Shown: piece after piece, positions 38,430-48,721 of the stretch | Layout: each line of letters opens with the position of its first letter | Numbering within the stretch: position 1 is the first letter of the stretch | Origin: an uncultured bacterium | GTDB taxonomy: Bacteria > Babelota > Babeliae > Babelales > Vermiphilaceae | Assembly: GCA_963713925.1 (NCBI GenBank) | Contig: OY970212.1 | Location: 928,001-992,000 of the forward strand | Reading direction: 5' to 3' | DNA: 64,000 bases | Translations under genes and position numbers: made by a program | Notes under the pieces: generated by a model | Databases searched by the model: none | What the model was told of the DNA's origin: nothing | The model's input: only the letters and a program-made list of their open reading frames with translations

Positions 38430-40316
38430 TTATAATGCCGCAGGTTCTCCCTGGGTGTCAGGGTTTTGCCCACCCTCAATCTTTGCTTCAGGATATTCAA
38501 GCCCAATCACTTGGTATACCTCTTTGGCATCAAGAGTCTCTTTTTCAAAGAGCGCTTGCGCCAAGGCATCCAGCTTATCTCGATTTGTTCTTAGAAGCTC
38601 CTTGGCTTTGTCCAAACAGCTTTGAAGAAGGTCTTGAACAGCCTTATCTATCTTTTGCGCAGTGGCTTGAGAATAAGGGAATTCTCCATAGCCTGGTTTG
38701 TAAAGCACCGGACCAACCTCAGGGCTCATGCCCAAATAGCAAACCATATAACGGGCCATGTTGGTTGCATTTTCAAAATCACCCCCAACGCCTGAATCCT
38801 GAGTATTGTATACTACCTCTTCAGCTGCACGCCCCCCGAGAGTCATGATAATTCTTGCGACTTTTTGCTCTTTTGTTTCAGTGTGTTTATCACGCTCCTG
38901 AGCAAAGAAGGTAACTCCAAGAGCCCGACCACGAGGAACTATGGTAACTTTATGTAAAGGGTCTTTTAATTGACCGTACAGAATTTGACCCAACGCATGT
39001 CCTGCTTCATGATATGCAACCAGCTTTTTATCTTCGGGAGTCATATGAGAAGTCACCCATTTTTTACCCATAACGATCTTATCGTAAGCTTCCTCAACAT
39101 CGTGCTGTGTAATTCCTTTACGGCCATCAGCTTTTGCCGCGATCAAAGCAGCTTCATTCATAAGATTAGCCAAATCTGCTCCGCTAAAACCGGTAGTTCT
39201 ACCCGCAAGCCTGTCGATATCTATCGCATCTTGCCATATTTTATCTTTTGCATGGAGTTTGAGAATTTGTCTTCTGCTTTCTTTATCAGGGAATGGGACA
39301 GTCACATGGCGATCAAAGCGGCCCGGTCTGAGCAACGCCTTATCAAGTACATCCGGTCTATTGGTTGCTGCAAGCACAATAACAGGAGCAGCACCCATGG
39401 TTGTAAAGCCATCCATTTCTGCTAACAATTGGTTGAGTGTTTGTTCACGCTCATCATTTCCTCCGCCACCGCCGGCAGTTCTTTGACGTCCAACCGCATC
39501 AATTTCATCAATGAAAATGATGCAAGGCGAATGTTTGCGCGCTTGTGCAAAGAGGTCACGCACACGTGAAGCGCCAACGCCAACAAATACTTCTATAAAA
39601 TCTGAACCGCTTAAACTAAAAAAGGCGCAATTGGCTTCTCCGGCAACCGCTTTGGCAAGCAAGGTTTTCCCATTTCCTGGGTCGCCCACCAAAAGAACTC
39701 CACGAGTCACCTGAGCACCGAATCGATTATATTTTTCAGGATTTTTTAAATACTCAACAACATCCTGCAATTCTTCTTTTGCTTCTGCCGCACCGGCTAC
39801 TGAGCTGAATTTTTCCTTAATAGAACCCGGCAAATACATGCGAGCTCTGCTCTTACCCATCGAAAAAATAGTGCTGCCAGAATTGTTTGAGCTCCCTGAT
39901 GCTCGTTGTCTGATGATAAGCCACACCATTCCTGCGATGATAGGAAGTAGTAAGAACAACATCAGGAACAACCAACCGCTGGACAATCCCGATAAGAATG
40001 ATCCTTCGCTGACAGAAATGGAAACTTTGTGTTCGCGCATAAGATTTGTGTCAGATGGATTGTTTTCAAGAATCGTTGACTCAAATCGAGTTCCGTCTTT
40101 CAAGAGTCCGCCCACTTGCTTGCCTGCTATTTTGACCGAAGCAACCTTATCTGCTTCAACCTGGGAAATAAAGTCAGAATAACTAAGCACCTTGATCGGA
40201 CGAGTAAATTCACTCATCTTGGTCAAAAGGCCAAGCCCTATAAGAATAATGGAAGCGAACACGATGACCGTGCTGATTCCATTGGAAAAGAAAAAGTTAT
40301 TATTTTTTTTACTCAT
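38430..40316 (-). CDS. ftsH: ATP-dependent zinc metalloprotease FtsH
   Basis: Two TMs with periplasmic domain, [25 protein letters not shown]. Confidence 0.97.
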   Translation of the reverse strand: MSKKNNNFFFSNGISTVIVFASIILIGLGLLTKMSEFTRPIKVLSYSDFISQVEADKVASVKIAGKQVGGLLKDGTRFESTILENNPSDTNLMREHKVSISVSEGSFLSGLSSGWLFLMLFLLLPIIAGMVWLIIRQRASGSSNNSGSTIFSMGKSRARMYLPGSIKEKFSSVAGAAEAKEELQDVVEYLKNPEKYNRFGAQVTRGVLLVGDPGNGKTLLAKAVAGEANCAFFSLSGSDFIEVFVGVGASRVRDLFAQARKHSPCIIFIDEIDAVGRQRTAGGGGGNDEREQTLNQLLAEMDGFTTMGAAPVIVLAATNRPDVLDKALLRPGRFDRHVTVPFPDKESRRQILKLHAKDKIWQDAIDIDRLAGRTTGFSGADLANLMNEAALIAAKADGRKGITQHDVEEAYDKIVMGKKWVTSHMTPEDKKLVAYHEAGHALGQILYGQLKDPLHKVTIVPRGRALGVTFFAQERDKHTETKEQKVARIIMTLGGRAAEEVVYNTQDSGVGGDFENATNMARYMVCYLGMSPEVGPVLYKPGYGEFPYSQATAQKIDKAVQDLLQSCLDKAKELLRTNRDKLDALAQALFEKETLDAKEVYQVIGLEYPEAKIEGGQNPDTQGEPAAL

Positions 40317-40460
40317 CGGTACTACCTTGAAAATAACCCAAAGCCATTACCTTTACCTTCATTTTGACGGGCAAAAGATGAAATTGGGATCTGATTACGT
40401 TAAAACTATATGCTCTATTATAAAAATTTTTACCTTTTCTGTCGAATTTAATCGTCCTAC

Positions 40461-41726
40461 TCAGCTTATTAATGGGTAGGTTGCATATCGTGGTGACCAT
40501 GATGGATAGGAGCAAAAAAGACCCTCTGGACTCACATATGACATTTTCTTTGAAATCATATCAAAGAGAGCGATACGGCTTTTACCCCCCTGTTCACTTG
40601 AAAACAGCACCATCGATCCACAGGGTGACCAACTGCATTCATCTTTATTGGATGCATCGAAAGTCAACTGGGTATGTTCCTTACTGACAAGATCCACAAC
40701 AAAAACCTGGCTCAATCCATTCACAATCTTTGTATATGCAAGCTGATTTCTGGCTTCATTATATGCTGGGCATGCGCAAAAACCGCCCTCAGTTAGACGA
40801 TCTATGGTGTTATTGGCAATGGTATACCGATAAATTTGAGGTAACCCGGTCTGAAAATCGGAACAATAATAGATGGTGCCTCCATCAGGCGAGAGTATAG
40901 GAGAAACATTATTACCGGTATTGTTGCTGATTTTTTTCAATGCACCCTTTTGGTAGAAATAAATATGGCATGCTCCCCCACCTCGAGAGGCACAATACAC
41001 CAATGATTTTCCATCCGAGGAAAAACTCGGCAACATATTAATGCCATCAAAATTTGAAACAACTTTAACTTTTTTGTCCAATCGCACCGCCATTAAAGGC
41101 ATATTATAGGATCCATAGGTGGAATAAAAAATGAGTGGGTCAGCTACATCACTATTCCATCGAGGCGCAATATGAATGCCGGGCCCTTTCACTACCGGCT
41201 CACTATTGAGCCCATCAAAATCCGCGCAATAAATATGCGTTTCATGACTTCCATTTTTTTTCGGTTGTTTCACGCAATAGGCAATGCGAGTTGAAAAAAC
41301 GCCCGGCAGCCCGGTTAATGTCGGCCAAACCATATCCGCAATCGCATGCGCCCACACCCGTTCTGAATCTGTTTGCTTGTGATACCGCGTGCCCTTTATC
41401 ATATGTGCTCTTGAGGTGTCATACATGCGAAACTCGATTGATGCATCATTGCTTGAGAGAATGAGCGCGACAGCAAACTTTTCATCAGCCAACTTTCTCA
41501 AGTCGGTCCGTTGAATATCTTTTGAAATCATTCGGACAGATACGTTGCAATAATTACGAAATTGCAAATCATGCGCCATAAGCTGTGCTGTCGCAACAAG
41601 AGAAATATCATCGATAATCCCAATGAGCAGGCCAACCTTTTCACGACCGCGAGCACTCACGCTCACTTGTTCTTGTGCCTCTGCACCCATCATTACTGCC
41701 AAAACCATAAAAAATATATGTTTCAT
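40461..41726 (-). CDS. tolB: TolB-like protein (PD40 beta-propeller)
   Basis: AHAIAD, FSTRIAY, P.FS.DG / WSP repeats; downstream of tolQRA. Confidence 0.88.
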   Translation of the reverse strand: MKHIFFMVLAVMMGAEAQEQVSVSARGREKVGLLIGIIDDISLVATAQLMAHDLQFRNYCNVSVRMISKDIQRTDLRKLADEKFAVALILSSNDASIEFRMYDTSRAHMIKGTRYHKQTDSERVWAHAIADMVWPTLTGLPGVFSTRIAYCVKQPKKNGSHETHIYCADFDGLNSEPVVKGPGIHIAPRWNSDVADPLIFYSTYGSYNMPLMAVRLDKKVKVVSNFDGINMLPSFSSDGKSLVYCASRGGGACHIYFYQKGALKKISNNTGNNVSPILSPDGGTIYYCSDFQTGLPQIYRYTIANNTIDRLTEGGFCACPAYNEARNQLAYTKIVNGLSQVFVVDLVSKEHTQLTFDASNKDECSWSPCGSMVLFSSEQGGKSRIALFDMISKKMSYVSPEGLFCSYPSWSPRYATYPLIS

Positions 41727-41727
41727 A

Positions 41728-42597
41728 TTACACCTTCATTGTTATACAAAACTCTTTCAACCGCGCCCAAGCAGGAAAGCTCTGCATGATCTCACACGCA
41801 TTACGCGCAGCAATATCAAACAAGAGAATCCCTGACGATTTTGCTATTTCTATCGTTACAATTTTGCCATCTTGACCGACTGAAAATTTCACTTGGCATT
41901 CTGTTTTACTATCTCCACAACAAGGCGGTTTCCACCGAGGGCCAATGGTACAAGAAATAAACTCATACATTGCCAACTGCTCAAGCTCAGGTGCGCTCGT
42001 TATTATGCGTTGTTCGTTGCTTTGCACTTCTTTTTTTGCATCCGGCAATGCGTTAGTTTTTTTCTCCGGCTTTACCTCATTCGAAACTTGAGGTTTTTCA
42101 TCTTTTACAACAGTCGGTTTAAGTTCTTTCTTTTCCTCAACCGACACACTGTTTGCTACAGCCTTTTTTTCCACCCTCACTTCTTGTCCCGCCGTAGCCT
42201 TGGCGGAGGAGGATTCTTCTATCTTCTTCTGCTCTTGCTTTACCGGTTTCACGTTATTCTGATTTTCGATAACTGCAGTTTTCGGCTTCTCATCTTTTTT
42301 TACAACGGCTTTCTTATTTGCAGGAACAACCTTTTTTGTCGTCTGCTTTTGATGAGCAGCGGGTTTTTCACTTTTTTTGACTGGCGTTATCTTTTGCTCG
42401 GCAAATGGCGCAAAGATGACCGGCGCCTCAGAATGCATGTTCGTTTTGCCAAGAGAAAATTGATAGACTCGCGACCCGGCAAATCGCAAAAAGAACACGG
42501 GCAGCACAAGAAGATGCATCATAAAAACAATCATTGCAAACTGCAGCCAGATGTGCGTGGCTTTAGCTTTTTTTTGTAGCCAAAGCAACATATTCAA
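41728..42597 (-). CDS. tolA: TolA/TonB-like protein
   Basis: TM with His, K/E-rich linker, WKPP and SSG...FD.AA C-terminal domain; in-frame family E insert. Confidence 0.75.
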   Translation of the reverse strand: MNMLLWLQKKAKATHIWLQFAMIVFMMHLLVLPVFFLRFAGSRVYQFSLGKTNMHSEAPVIFAPFAEQKITPVKKSEKPAAHQKQTTKKVVPANKKAVVKKDEKPKTAVIENQNNVKPVKQEQKKIEESSSAKATAGQEVRVEKKAVANSVSVEEKKELKPTVVKDEKPQVSNEVKPEKKTNALPDAKKEVQSNEQRIITSAPELEQLAMYEFISCTIGPRWKPPCCGDSKTECQVKFSVGQDGKIVTIEIAKSSGILLFDIAARNACEIMQSFPAWARLKEFCITMKV

Positions 42598-42976
42598 TGC
42601 CTCCTACTGTTTTTATTTTATTCACAACCTCAACAATTTTGCCGTACACCGCGTCAGTGTCTCCGCGCACAAACACCGGACGACTATCTCCGGGCCGCAA
42701 TGCACTTTGAATTGTTCTGATCAAATTTTCATCATTGACCGGAACTCCATTAAAAAACATCTGATGTTCTTTGGTGATATATACGATGAGGTCTTGTGTC
42801 TGCGCGACCGCTTCTTTTGCATTTCCGCTCGGCAAATTGATTTTGATTGAATTATGCATCACCGGAGTCGCAACCATAAAAATGATTAACAATGTTAATG
42901 CGGTATCAATTAAAGGAGTCAAACTAATTTCAGATAACGCAACGCGAGATCTGCGTCTGGTCGATCTTGTACGCAT
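42563..42976 (-). CDS. tolR: TolR/ExbD family protein
   Basis: ISLTPLID...LLIIFMV, VRGD...YG. Confidence 0.9.
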   Translation of the reverse strand: MRTRSTRRRSRVALSEISLTPLIDTALTLLIIFMVATPVMHNSIKINLPSGNAKEAVAQTQDLIVYITKEHQMFFNGVPVNDENLIRTIQSALRPGDSRPVFVRGDTDAVYGKIVEVVNKIKTVGGIEYVALATKKS

Positions 42977-42985
42977 AACATCTCC

Positions 42986-43660
42986 TTAGTTTGATTTTTG
43001 AACAATGCGATGTACATAATCAACAACGTGTGTCAAAGATGTTTCGAAGGATCTATTTTTTGATTGCAACAAATTAAACAAAATGAATGCCGGTATTGCA
43101 ACCAAAAGGCCTGCTAACGTTGTTGTTAATGCTTGCGCAATTCCAGGAGCAACCGCAGCAATGTCTGCCGTTTGAGCTTGGCTGATCCCGACGAACGCAT
43201 GAATAAGCCCCCATACCGTACCAAACAATCCTAACAACGGCGCCACTGATGCTGATGTTGAAAGAACAGCCATGCCGGATTCCTCATGCTGCATCATGTC
43301 ATCAACTTGTTGCATAAGCTGATTGTCCAAAGATTCCATCGCCTGATGAGTAATCGCATGCATTTGCGCCGGGCCACCATGCCATTCGATGAGTTTCAAA
43401 ATTTTGAATAAAAAATAACCACCGACTGTATGAAGATTGTGTGAATGAAGAGTCACAAGATCATGAATTGTTTTTGCGTGTTGTAATTGAGAAACGAGAC
43501 CTGCAATCTGTTTTTGCTTAATTCGATTGCCATTGAGCTTGTAGAAAAAGATTGTCCAACATGCAATAGACATTGCAAGCAAGATAAGTAATACCACTAT
43601 ACTCACAAAATCTGATTGACGAATGAGTTGCCATAAGGCGCTTCCAGTAAAGAAATTCAC
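42986..43660 (-). CDS. tolQ: TolQ/ExbB family proton channel
   Basis: APLLGLFGTVWG, VAPGIAQAL.TT.AGL.VAIPA; GTG start. Confidence 0.92.
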   Translation of the reverse strand: MNFFTGSALWQLIRQSDFVSIVVLLILLAMSIACWTIFFYKLNGNRIKQKQIAGLVSQLQHAKTIHDLVTLHSHNLHTVGGYFLFKILKLIEWHGGPAQMHAITHQAMESLDNQLMQQVDDMMQHEESGMAVLSTSASVAPLLGLFGTVWGLIHAFVGISQAQTADIAAVAPGIAQALTTTLAGLLVAIPAFILFNLLQSKNRSFETSLTHVVDYVHRIVQKSN

Positions 43661-43763
43661 GACTCACCTTTCTTGATACTAGTTTTTTCATATGTACCGA
43701 GCTTATTTTATCAGAAGATAGTCATATTTTGAAATAGTGAACGCTAAACCATGAGAAAGGTCG

Positions 43764-45539
43764 ATGATGACATATAAGATAATTGCTATTTTTTTGCTCG
43801 CAATCCTCACGTCTCGCGCAGCAGAAATTGATACTTGTGCCGATATATATGACACTCTTCATGAAATACTTACAAGCGATCTGAATGATAAAAACAATTT
43901 TGAAAAAAAAGAGCCGATTTTTAGCACCATAGCGGCCCCTTTCAATAATAAGGAAAAAGACGAACTTTTTACCGAGCTGCAAAGAGAATGGCAAAATGCA
44001 TATGAAGAATATCAAGGATATTACAAACTTGCACAAGAAGATGACCGATTAAAACCTGCTGTTTCAAAAAAAGATCAACAACTACGCGCGATCAAAGAAG
44101 CGGTAGAGTCGCTTTGCAAATCGGAAACGAAAAAACCGACTCCCGCATCAGTCAAAAACGAAGGATTCGATCTTGCTTCCATTGAAATCAAACAGTGGCC
44201 AAGCCTTGGCCAACCACATGGCCCCACCTGCGGATTTGACGCGGCAAAAAATAGCAAGCATATGCTCAATTTTGCAGTTGGACTTATCGACGAAAATGAG
44301 CTCAAAAAGCGCTTAACAGCACCAATCGATACCGAACATTATCCGCTTACCTTCTGCAGGGCAGTTGCAAAAAAGCAAGAAAATCTTGATCTGGTAGAAA
44401 TAGACAAAATATTGTCAGAAGTATACAAACTTCAACCCACAGAGATAACGGTCCTTCCTGATCCTTCGCAATATAATCCCGAAGTTTTAAGAGATGATCA
44501 ATTTGAAGGTATAAAAAAAACAGTTGAAGCTATTACAACAAAAACACCTGTTGTCCATGCATTTATTTTGGGCAACATGGAGCAAACGGGACACAAAACT
44601 GGAACAGAAGGCCATTGGGTTGCTCTAGTTGTACAAGTGACTGAAAATGGCAAAATTATTTTTCATTTTGCCGATTCTATGAATGGTGCGGCAAAGCCTG
44701 CAGTTGATCGACTATTGAAAATACTGCAACGAGATATCACCTCTGATGAAATAATGCAAAAGTTGGAGTGGTTGATGCAAAGAACATCTATGCTGTTAGG
44801 CGATTTAAATATCGAATCAGCAATCGAGCATAGCAAAGACTTAAACAAAATTGTGGAAGAAAAAAAGTGGAAATATTCTGATGTTGCGCATATATGGAAT
44901 GCACAATTTATTACAATCTTTAAGAGATTTACCACCTGGTTTGGAATTTTCAATTCGGCAGATAATGCTATGAATGCCGACGATTTTTTTCAAAACTTGT
45001 GGCCCTATTGGCAAAACATACCCGCGATAAAACAAAGTGCCGAGAAAATAAGACAAGCTATACATGCATACACACAGGACATGTTCAAGAATGCGATAAC
45101 AAAAACGTACGCAACGGTACGAGATCGCAAAATAAAAACGGCGCTGACTCCAATCGTATCAAACATATTAAACTATCTCCAAGAACAAAGTGGAGAAGCT
45201 GTTAATTATAGCGAAAAGCTCGATTCGCTCACGCAAAAAAACAAATGGTCGTATACGGATGTCTCGCATCTGTTTACAAAAGAATTCAATGAAATTCTTG
45301 AGTGGTTCAATCAGTTTCTACTTGCCCTGGGTACCGATCCCAACTTTGTAGCTGCCATGAAATCACCAACACCTACCGGAATACATATTTTTCTATTGAA
45401 AATGGGAAAATACTGGATTCCAATGGCGCACGAAAAAACGTTACAGCGCAAGTATGCTCAGGAACTTAAAACAATACTTGATCCTTTGATACTGAACAAA
45501 AAAAGTATCTTCTGGATCACAGTGCTTGATATGCAATAA
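43764..45539 (+). CDS. Secreted papain-like cysteine protease (putative deubiquitinase-type effector)
   Basis: Signal peptide; QPHGPTCG, GHWVALVV, HFADS. Confidence 0.7.
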   Translation: MMTYKIIAIFLLAILTSRAAEIDTCADIYDTLHEILTSDLNDKNNFEKKEPIFSTIAAPFNNKEKDELFTELQREWQNAYEEYQGYYKLAQEDDRLKPAVSKKDQQLRAIKEAVESLCKSETKKPTPASVKNEGFDLASIEIKQWPSLGQPHGPTCGFDAAKNSKHMLNFAVGLIDENELKKRLTAPIDTEHYPLTFCRAVAKKQENLDLVEIDKILSEVYKLQPTEITVLPDPSQYNPEVLRDDQFEGIKKTVEAITTKTPVVHAFILGNMEQTGHKTGTEGHWVALVVQVTENGKIIFHFADSMNGAAKPAVDRLLKILQRDITSDEIMQKLEWLMQRTSMLLGDLNIESAIEHSKDLNKIVEEKKWKYSDVAHIWNAQFITIFKRFTTWFGIFNSADNAMNADDFFQNLWPYWQNIPAIKQSAEKIRQAIHAYTQDMFKNAITKTYATVRDRKIKTALTPIVSNILNYLQEQSGEAVNYSEKLDSLTQKNKWSYTDVSHLFTKEFNEILEWFNQFLLALGTDPNFVAAMKSPTPTGIHIFLLKMGKYWIPMAHEKTLQRKYAQELKTILDPLILNKKSIFWITVLDMQ

Positions 45540-45557
45540 AAATGAATCGTTTCTGAC

Positions 45558-45594
45558 AATGGAGGGCTGATTTTCAGCCCTCCATTTTATTTTT
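45558..45594. terminator. Intrinsic terminator between convergent genes
   Basis: AATGGAGGGCTGA/TCAGCCCTCCATT followed by T-run. Confidence 0.85.
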
Positions 45595-45826
45595 AATTTC
45601 CACCCTGATCTGGTCTTTGTTGTTGTAGCTTGGCAAGCCGAGTAGCTATTTCCTCTTGTGATCTCTTACGAACCAAATCTCGGGGCGATACTGGTTTCGT
45701 TTTATCGGGGGCCGGTGAAGAACCTCTTTGGGCAAATTTTAATTTTTCTTGAGAACGTTGCCTCGGAGAAAGTTCGGAGGCCTGTGCTGCAAATACTGCA
45801 ACAAAAAGAACTAATAGTTTTTTCAT
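45593..45826 (-). CDS. Small secreted protein with internal SPR...RSQE duplication
   Basis: MKKLLVLFVAVFAAQASE; AGGAG RBS. Confidence 0.8.
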   Translation of the reverse strand: MKKLLVLFVAVFAAQASELSPRQRSQEKLKFAQRGSSPAPDKTKPVSPRDLVRKRSQEEIATRLAKLQQQRPDQGGN

Positions 45827-45982
45827 GATACTCCTTTTATGCCCAAGCTTACTTCGTTCTCGGGCCCATTATAGCAATCTCAAAACATATTTTTTGAGAT
45901 TTATGATATTTATTTTCATGGAAACTATAATTTGTCCCTTATACTACAACAAAGATTTATCCATTATCAAGATGTCTGTAGA

Positions 45983-47443
45983 CTATCCACCTTTGATCAC
46001 TACGATCGGACGGAGTCGAGCCACTTTTCTGGCAATGTTTGCGTTATGCACCACATTGACCACTTCATGAACATCTTTGTATGCCAATGGCGCTTCTTCT
46101 GCGAGCCCCGATGACGAATCACAGCGTACGACGATTCCTTTATCATGCATATTATCAAGCAACACGCGCGTCTGCACTTTCTTTTTTGCCTGCATGCGCG
46201 ACATAGTGCGTCCTGCTCCATGACAACAAGATCCAAATGACTGTGCCATACTTTCTTCGGTTCCGCTCAGCACATACGAGGCGGTGCCCATCGTACCGGG
46301 AATTAATACCGGTTGACCAACTTTTTGATATGTATGGGGAAGTTCCGGTCTACCCGGCCCGAATGAACGCGTCGCACCTTTACGATGTAACAGCAATTCT
46401 TGCATTTTTCCATCGACTGTATGCATTTCTCGTTTGCCGATGTTGTGCGATATATCATAGACAAGTTTCAATTGTTCTTGTTTACCAAAAGCTTGTTGCC
46501 ATGCGTGGCGCACTGAGTGAGCAATCATGTGTCGATTTGCCCATGCAAAATTTGCTGCTGAGACCATCGCTGCAAAATAATCTTGCCCCAGAGAACTTTT
46601 AAAAGGAACACATACCAATTCACGATCGGGCAATTGATACCCAAACTCAGGACTTTGATCTACCATTTTTTCTAAAAAGTCAGTACATACTTGATGTCCC
46701 AACCCACGCGAACCGCAGTGAATCATAACGGTGAGCATTCCTTTGCGCAATCCAAACGCATCCGCCGCTTGCTCATCAAAAATTTCGTCAACATATTGCA
46801 CTTCTAAAAAGTGATTTCCCGAGCCCAAAGTTCCCAACTGGTCTGATCCACGCTCGCACGCTTTTTTTGATATGAGTTCAGGATTGCCGCCAGCCATGTT
46901 GCCACGCTCTTCGCAATATTCAAGATCGTCAAGCTCTCCATATCCTTTCTCAAACATATATGTGGCACCGCCCTGCATGATACGAGTCAGTTCATGAGAA
47001 TCATATATGTATTTACCACCACGTCCGACGCCAGAAGGCACTGCTTCATAAAGTGCATCAGCAAGTTTTTCAAGATATTTTTTGACCGATGCATATGCAA
47101 TGTTTGAAGTGAGCAACCGAACGCCGCAGTTAATATCGTATCCAATGCCACCCGGAGAAATGATGCCATCATCTGCTATTGAAGTTGCAACGACCCCACC
47201 GATTGGAAAACCATAGCCCTGATGAATATCCGGCATTGCAAGTGCGTATTTGACAATTCCGGGCAATGTTGCAGTGTTCACCAATTGCACCAGTGAGCGA
47301 TCATTGGAAATGCTGGCAAACATTTTTTCAGACATATACAAACGTGCTGGTGCGCGCATGTCGGAGCGAAAGCTTTGGGGAATTTCATAAAGCCAGTCGG
47401 ATAGCTTGATCAAATCTTCCCATCGGACATTTTTTATAGTCAT
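45983..47443 (-). CDS. rtcB: RtcB RNA ligase
   Basis: MPDIHQGYGFPIG, GYDINCG, GTLGSGNHF, HCGSRG, HRKGA, HGAGR, EEAPLAYK. Confidence 0.97.
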   Translation of the reverse strand: MTIKNVRWEDLIKLSDWLYEIPQSFRSDMRAPARLYMSEKMFASISNDRSLVQLVNTATLPGIVKYALAMPDIHQGYGFPIGGVVATSIADDGIISPGGIGYDINCGVRLLTSNIAYASVKKYLEKLADALYEAVPSGVGRGGKYIYDSHELTRIMQGGATYMFEKGYGELDDLEYCEERGNMAGGNPELISKKACERGSDQLGTLGSGNHFLEVQYVDEIFDEQAADAFGLRKGMLTVMIHCGSRGLGHQVCTDFLEKMVDQSPEFGYQLPDRELVCVPFKSSLGQDYFAAMVSAANFAWANRHMIAHSVRHAWQQAFGKQEQLKLVYDISHNIGKREMHTVDGKMQELLLHRKGATRSFGPGRPELPHTYQKVGQPVLIPGTMGTASYVLSGTEESMAQSFGSCCHGAGRTMSRMQAKKKVQTRVLLDNMHDKGIVVRCDSSSGLAEEAPLAYKDVHEVVNVVHNANIARKVARLRPIVVIKGG

Positions 47444-47472
47444 GACTTTTCAACCTTTTTCCCGTTTTAGCA

Positions 47473-47746
47473 GTTCGTATGGTTCGACTCCATTACATTT
47501 TGACCCCAATCTACGCTTGCGCTACGATCGTGGACCCCAAAATGACATTTCGCTCACCACGAACGGCAACTTTGCTATTTCCTGATAACCTTTTTTTACC
47601 CAACCTCATTTCAATCGATTGGGGCCCTTTTCATTTTTTCTGTTATACCCACGCTTGCGCATGGGGCCCGGTCGTTTCACCCATGCTGGCGCATGGGGCC
47701 CGGTCGTTCGTGGTGAGCGTAGCAAGGCGCAGTCGAACCATACAAA
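47473..47746. repeat. Composite repeat cluster: two inverted family B elements and four family A copies
   Basis: B reverse 47473-47566 (nested A 47503-47538), A at 47598-47627, 47647-47670, 47679-47702, B forward about 47705-47746. Confidence 0.85.
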
Positions 47747-47779
47747 CTTTTTTAAAAGCTCAACTTTAATTACACCCTA

Positions 47780-48217
47780 CTATATATCAAACACAATACT
47801 CGCTTGCCATTCACCATGTTCTTGTTTGACCCATGCATCATGATAGGTAACCGCTTTTACTTCCAAATCAATGCGTGTCACTTTTTTGCCAAACACGCGC
47901 GCAGTCAACTTCGTGTGATCATTAAAATGAATGGTCCCATCAAAAAATGCACAATTATGTACATCGGACAAATAAAGTAACTCAGAAAGAAAATTCACGA
48001 GCAAAATATCGAGCGTACCGCCGGATACTTCAACTTCTTTTTCAAGATCATATGAATTGAAATGAAAGCGATCTTTGTGTAATGATGCGCCGGGAATGTG
48101 AGGCCCTATTACATGAAACAAGCCACGCATTGCGTTAATGAAAAGTTCTTGAAGTGACGTACCAAAAATGTGCAGTTGTAAGTCTGCGGTATGGTCAATA
48201 AGAATGAAATCTTTCAC
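47780..48217 (-). CDS. Archease (RtcB activator)
   Basis: DHTAD, FLSELLYL, EVKAVTYH, VFDI; upstream of rtcB. Confidence 0.95.
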   Translation of the reverse strand: MKDFILIDHTADLQLHIFGTSLQELFINAMRGLFHVIGPHIPGASLHKDRFHFNSYDLEKEVEVSGGTLDILLVNFLSELLYLSDVHNCAFFDGTIHFNDHTKLTARVFGKKVTRIDLEVKAVTYHDAWVKQEHGEWQASIVFDI

Positions 48218-48239
48218 GCTACTCTCACATCACTTTTAT

Positions 48240-48626
48240 TTAGCAAATGTTCCAATCAGACTGACGTTTTATTTTGTCAAAGCTATAAAAATAGCGTTTA
48301 TCATTGATAACAACTTCACAACCGGAGCGTTTATGACCTTCAAACCCATACTCAAATTCGACTGTGTTCAATTTTATAGCCGGCTTCTCTCCGCTGTATT
48401 TCTTGAATTTGGCTTTGCCAGCCTCAAAACCAATTTGCCATCGACATTTATCGTGTGTTGCGACAATAGCCCCCGCATTAACAGTTACCGGTTCCGGAGA
48501 AACCGGTTCCCATTTGACACATCTACCACATCCAAAAGCCCTTAAAACTTCCATGGAATATGACGATTGAGCAAGTAATAACGCCGTCATCAAACAGATC
48601 AATTTCAACATAGACATCCTTATCAA
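48240..48626 (-). CDS. Secreted hypothetical protein
   Basis: Signal peptide ending SYSME; start uncertain. Confidence 0.65.
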   Translation of the reverse strand: MIRMSMLKLICLMTALLLAQSSYSMEVLRAFGCGRCVKWEPVSPEPVTVNAGAIVATHDKCRWQIGFEAGKAKFKKYSGEKPAIKLNTVEFEYGFEGHKRSGCEVVINDKRYFYSFDKIKRQSDWNIC

Positions 48627-48721
48627 TCATAATTTCACAGAGCAATCTGTTAAAAGTTTGACAAATAAATAAGAAAAAACAAACTGATTTGTGATTATTA
48701 TCTTATATCATAGAGGGTTTT

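Noticed and set aside
35943..40316. Two FtsH genes as a novel system
   Set aside because: Multiple FtsH paralogues are common and both have canonical motifs.
41893..42579. 228-aa Phe-rich plus-strand ORF
   Set aside because: Antisense shadow of the Lys/Glu-rich tolA linker.
47473..47746. Possible CRISPR array (short palindromic repeats in series; also 5473-5964)
   Set aside because: Repeats are not identical, spacing is irregular, the same units are dispersed inside genes, and no cas gene is present.
47479..47843. ORFs between rtcB and archease
   Set aside because: Translations of the repeat cluster.
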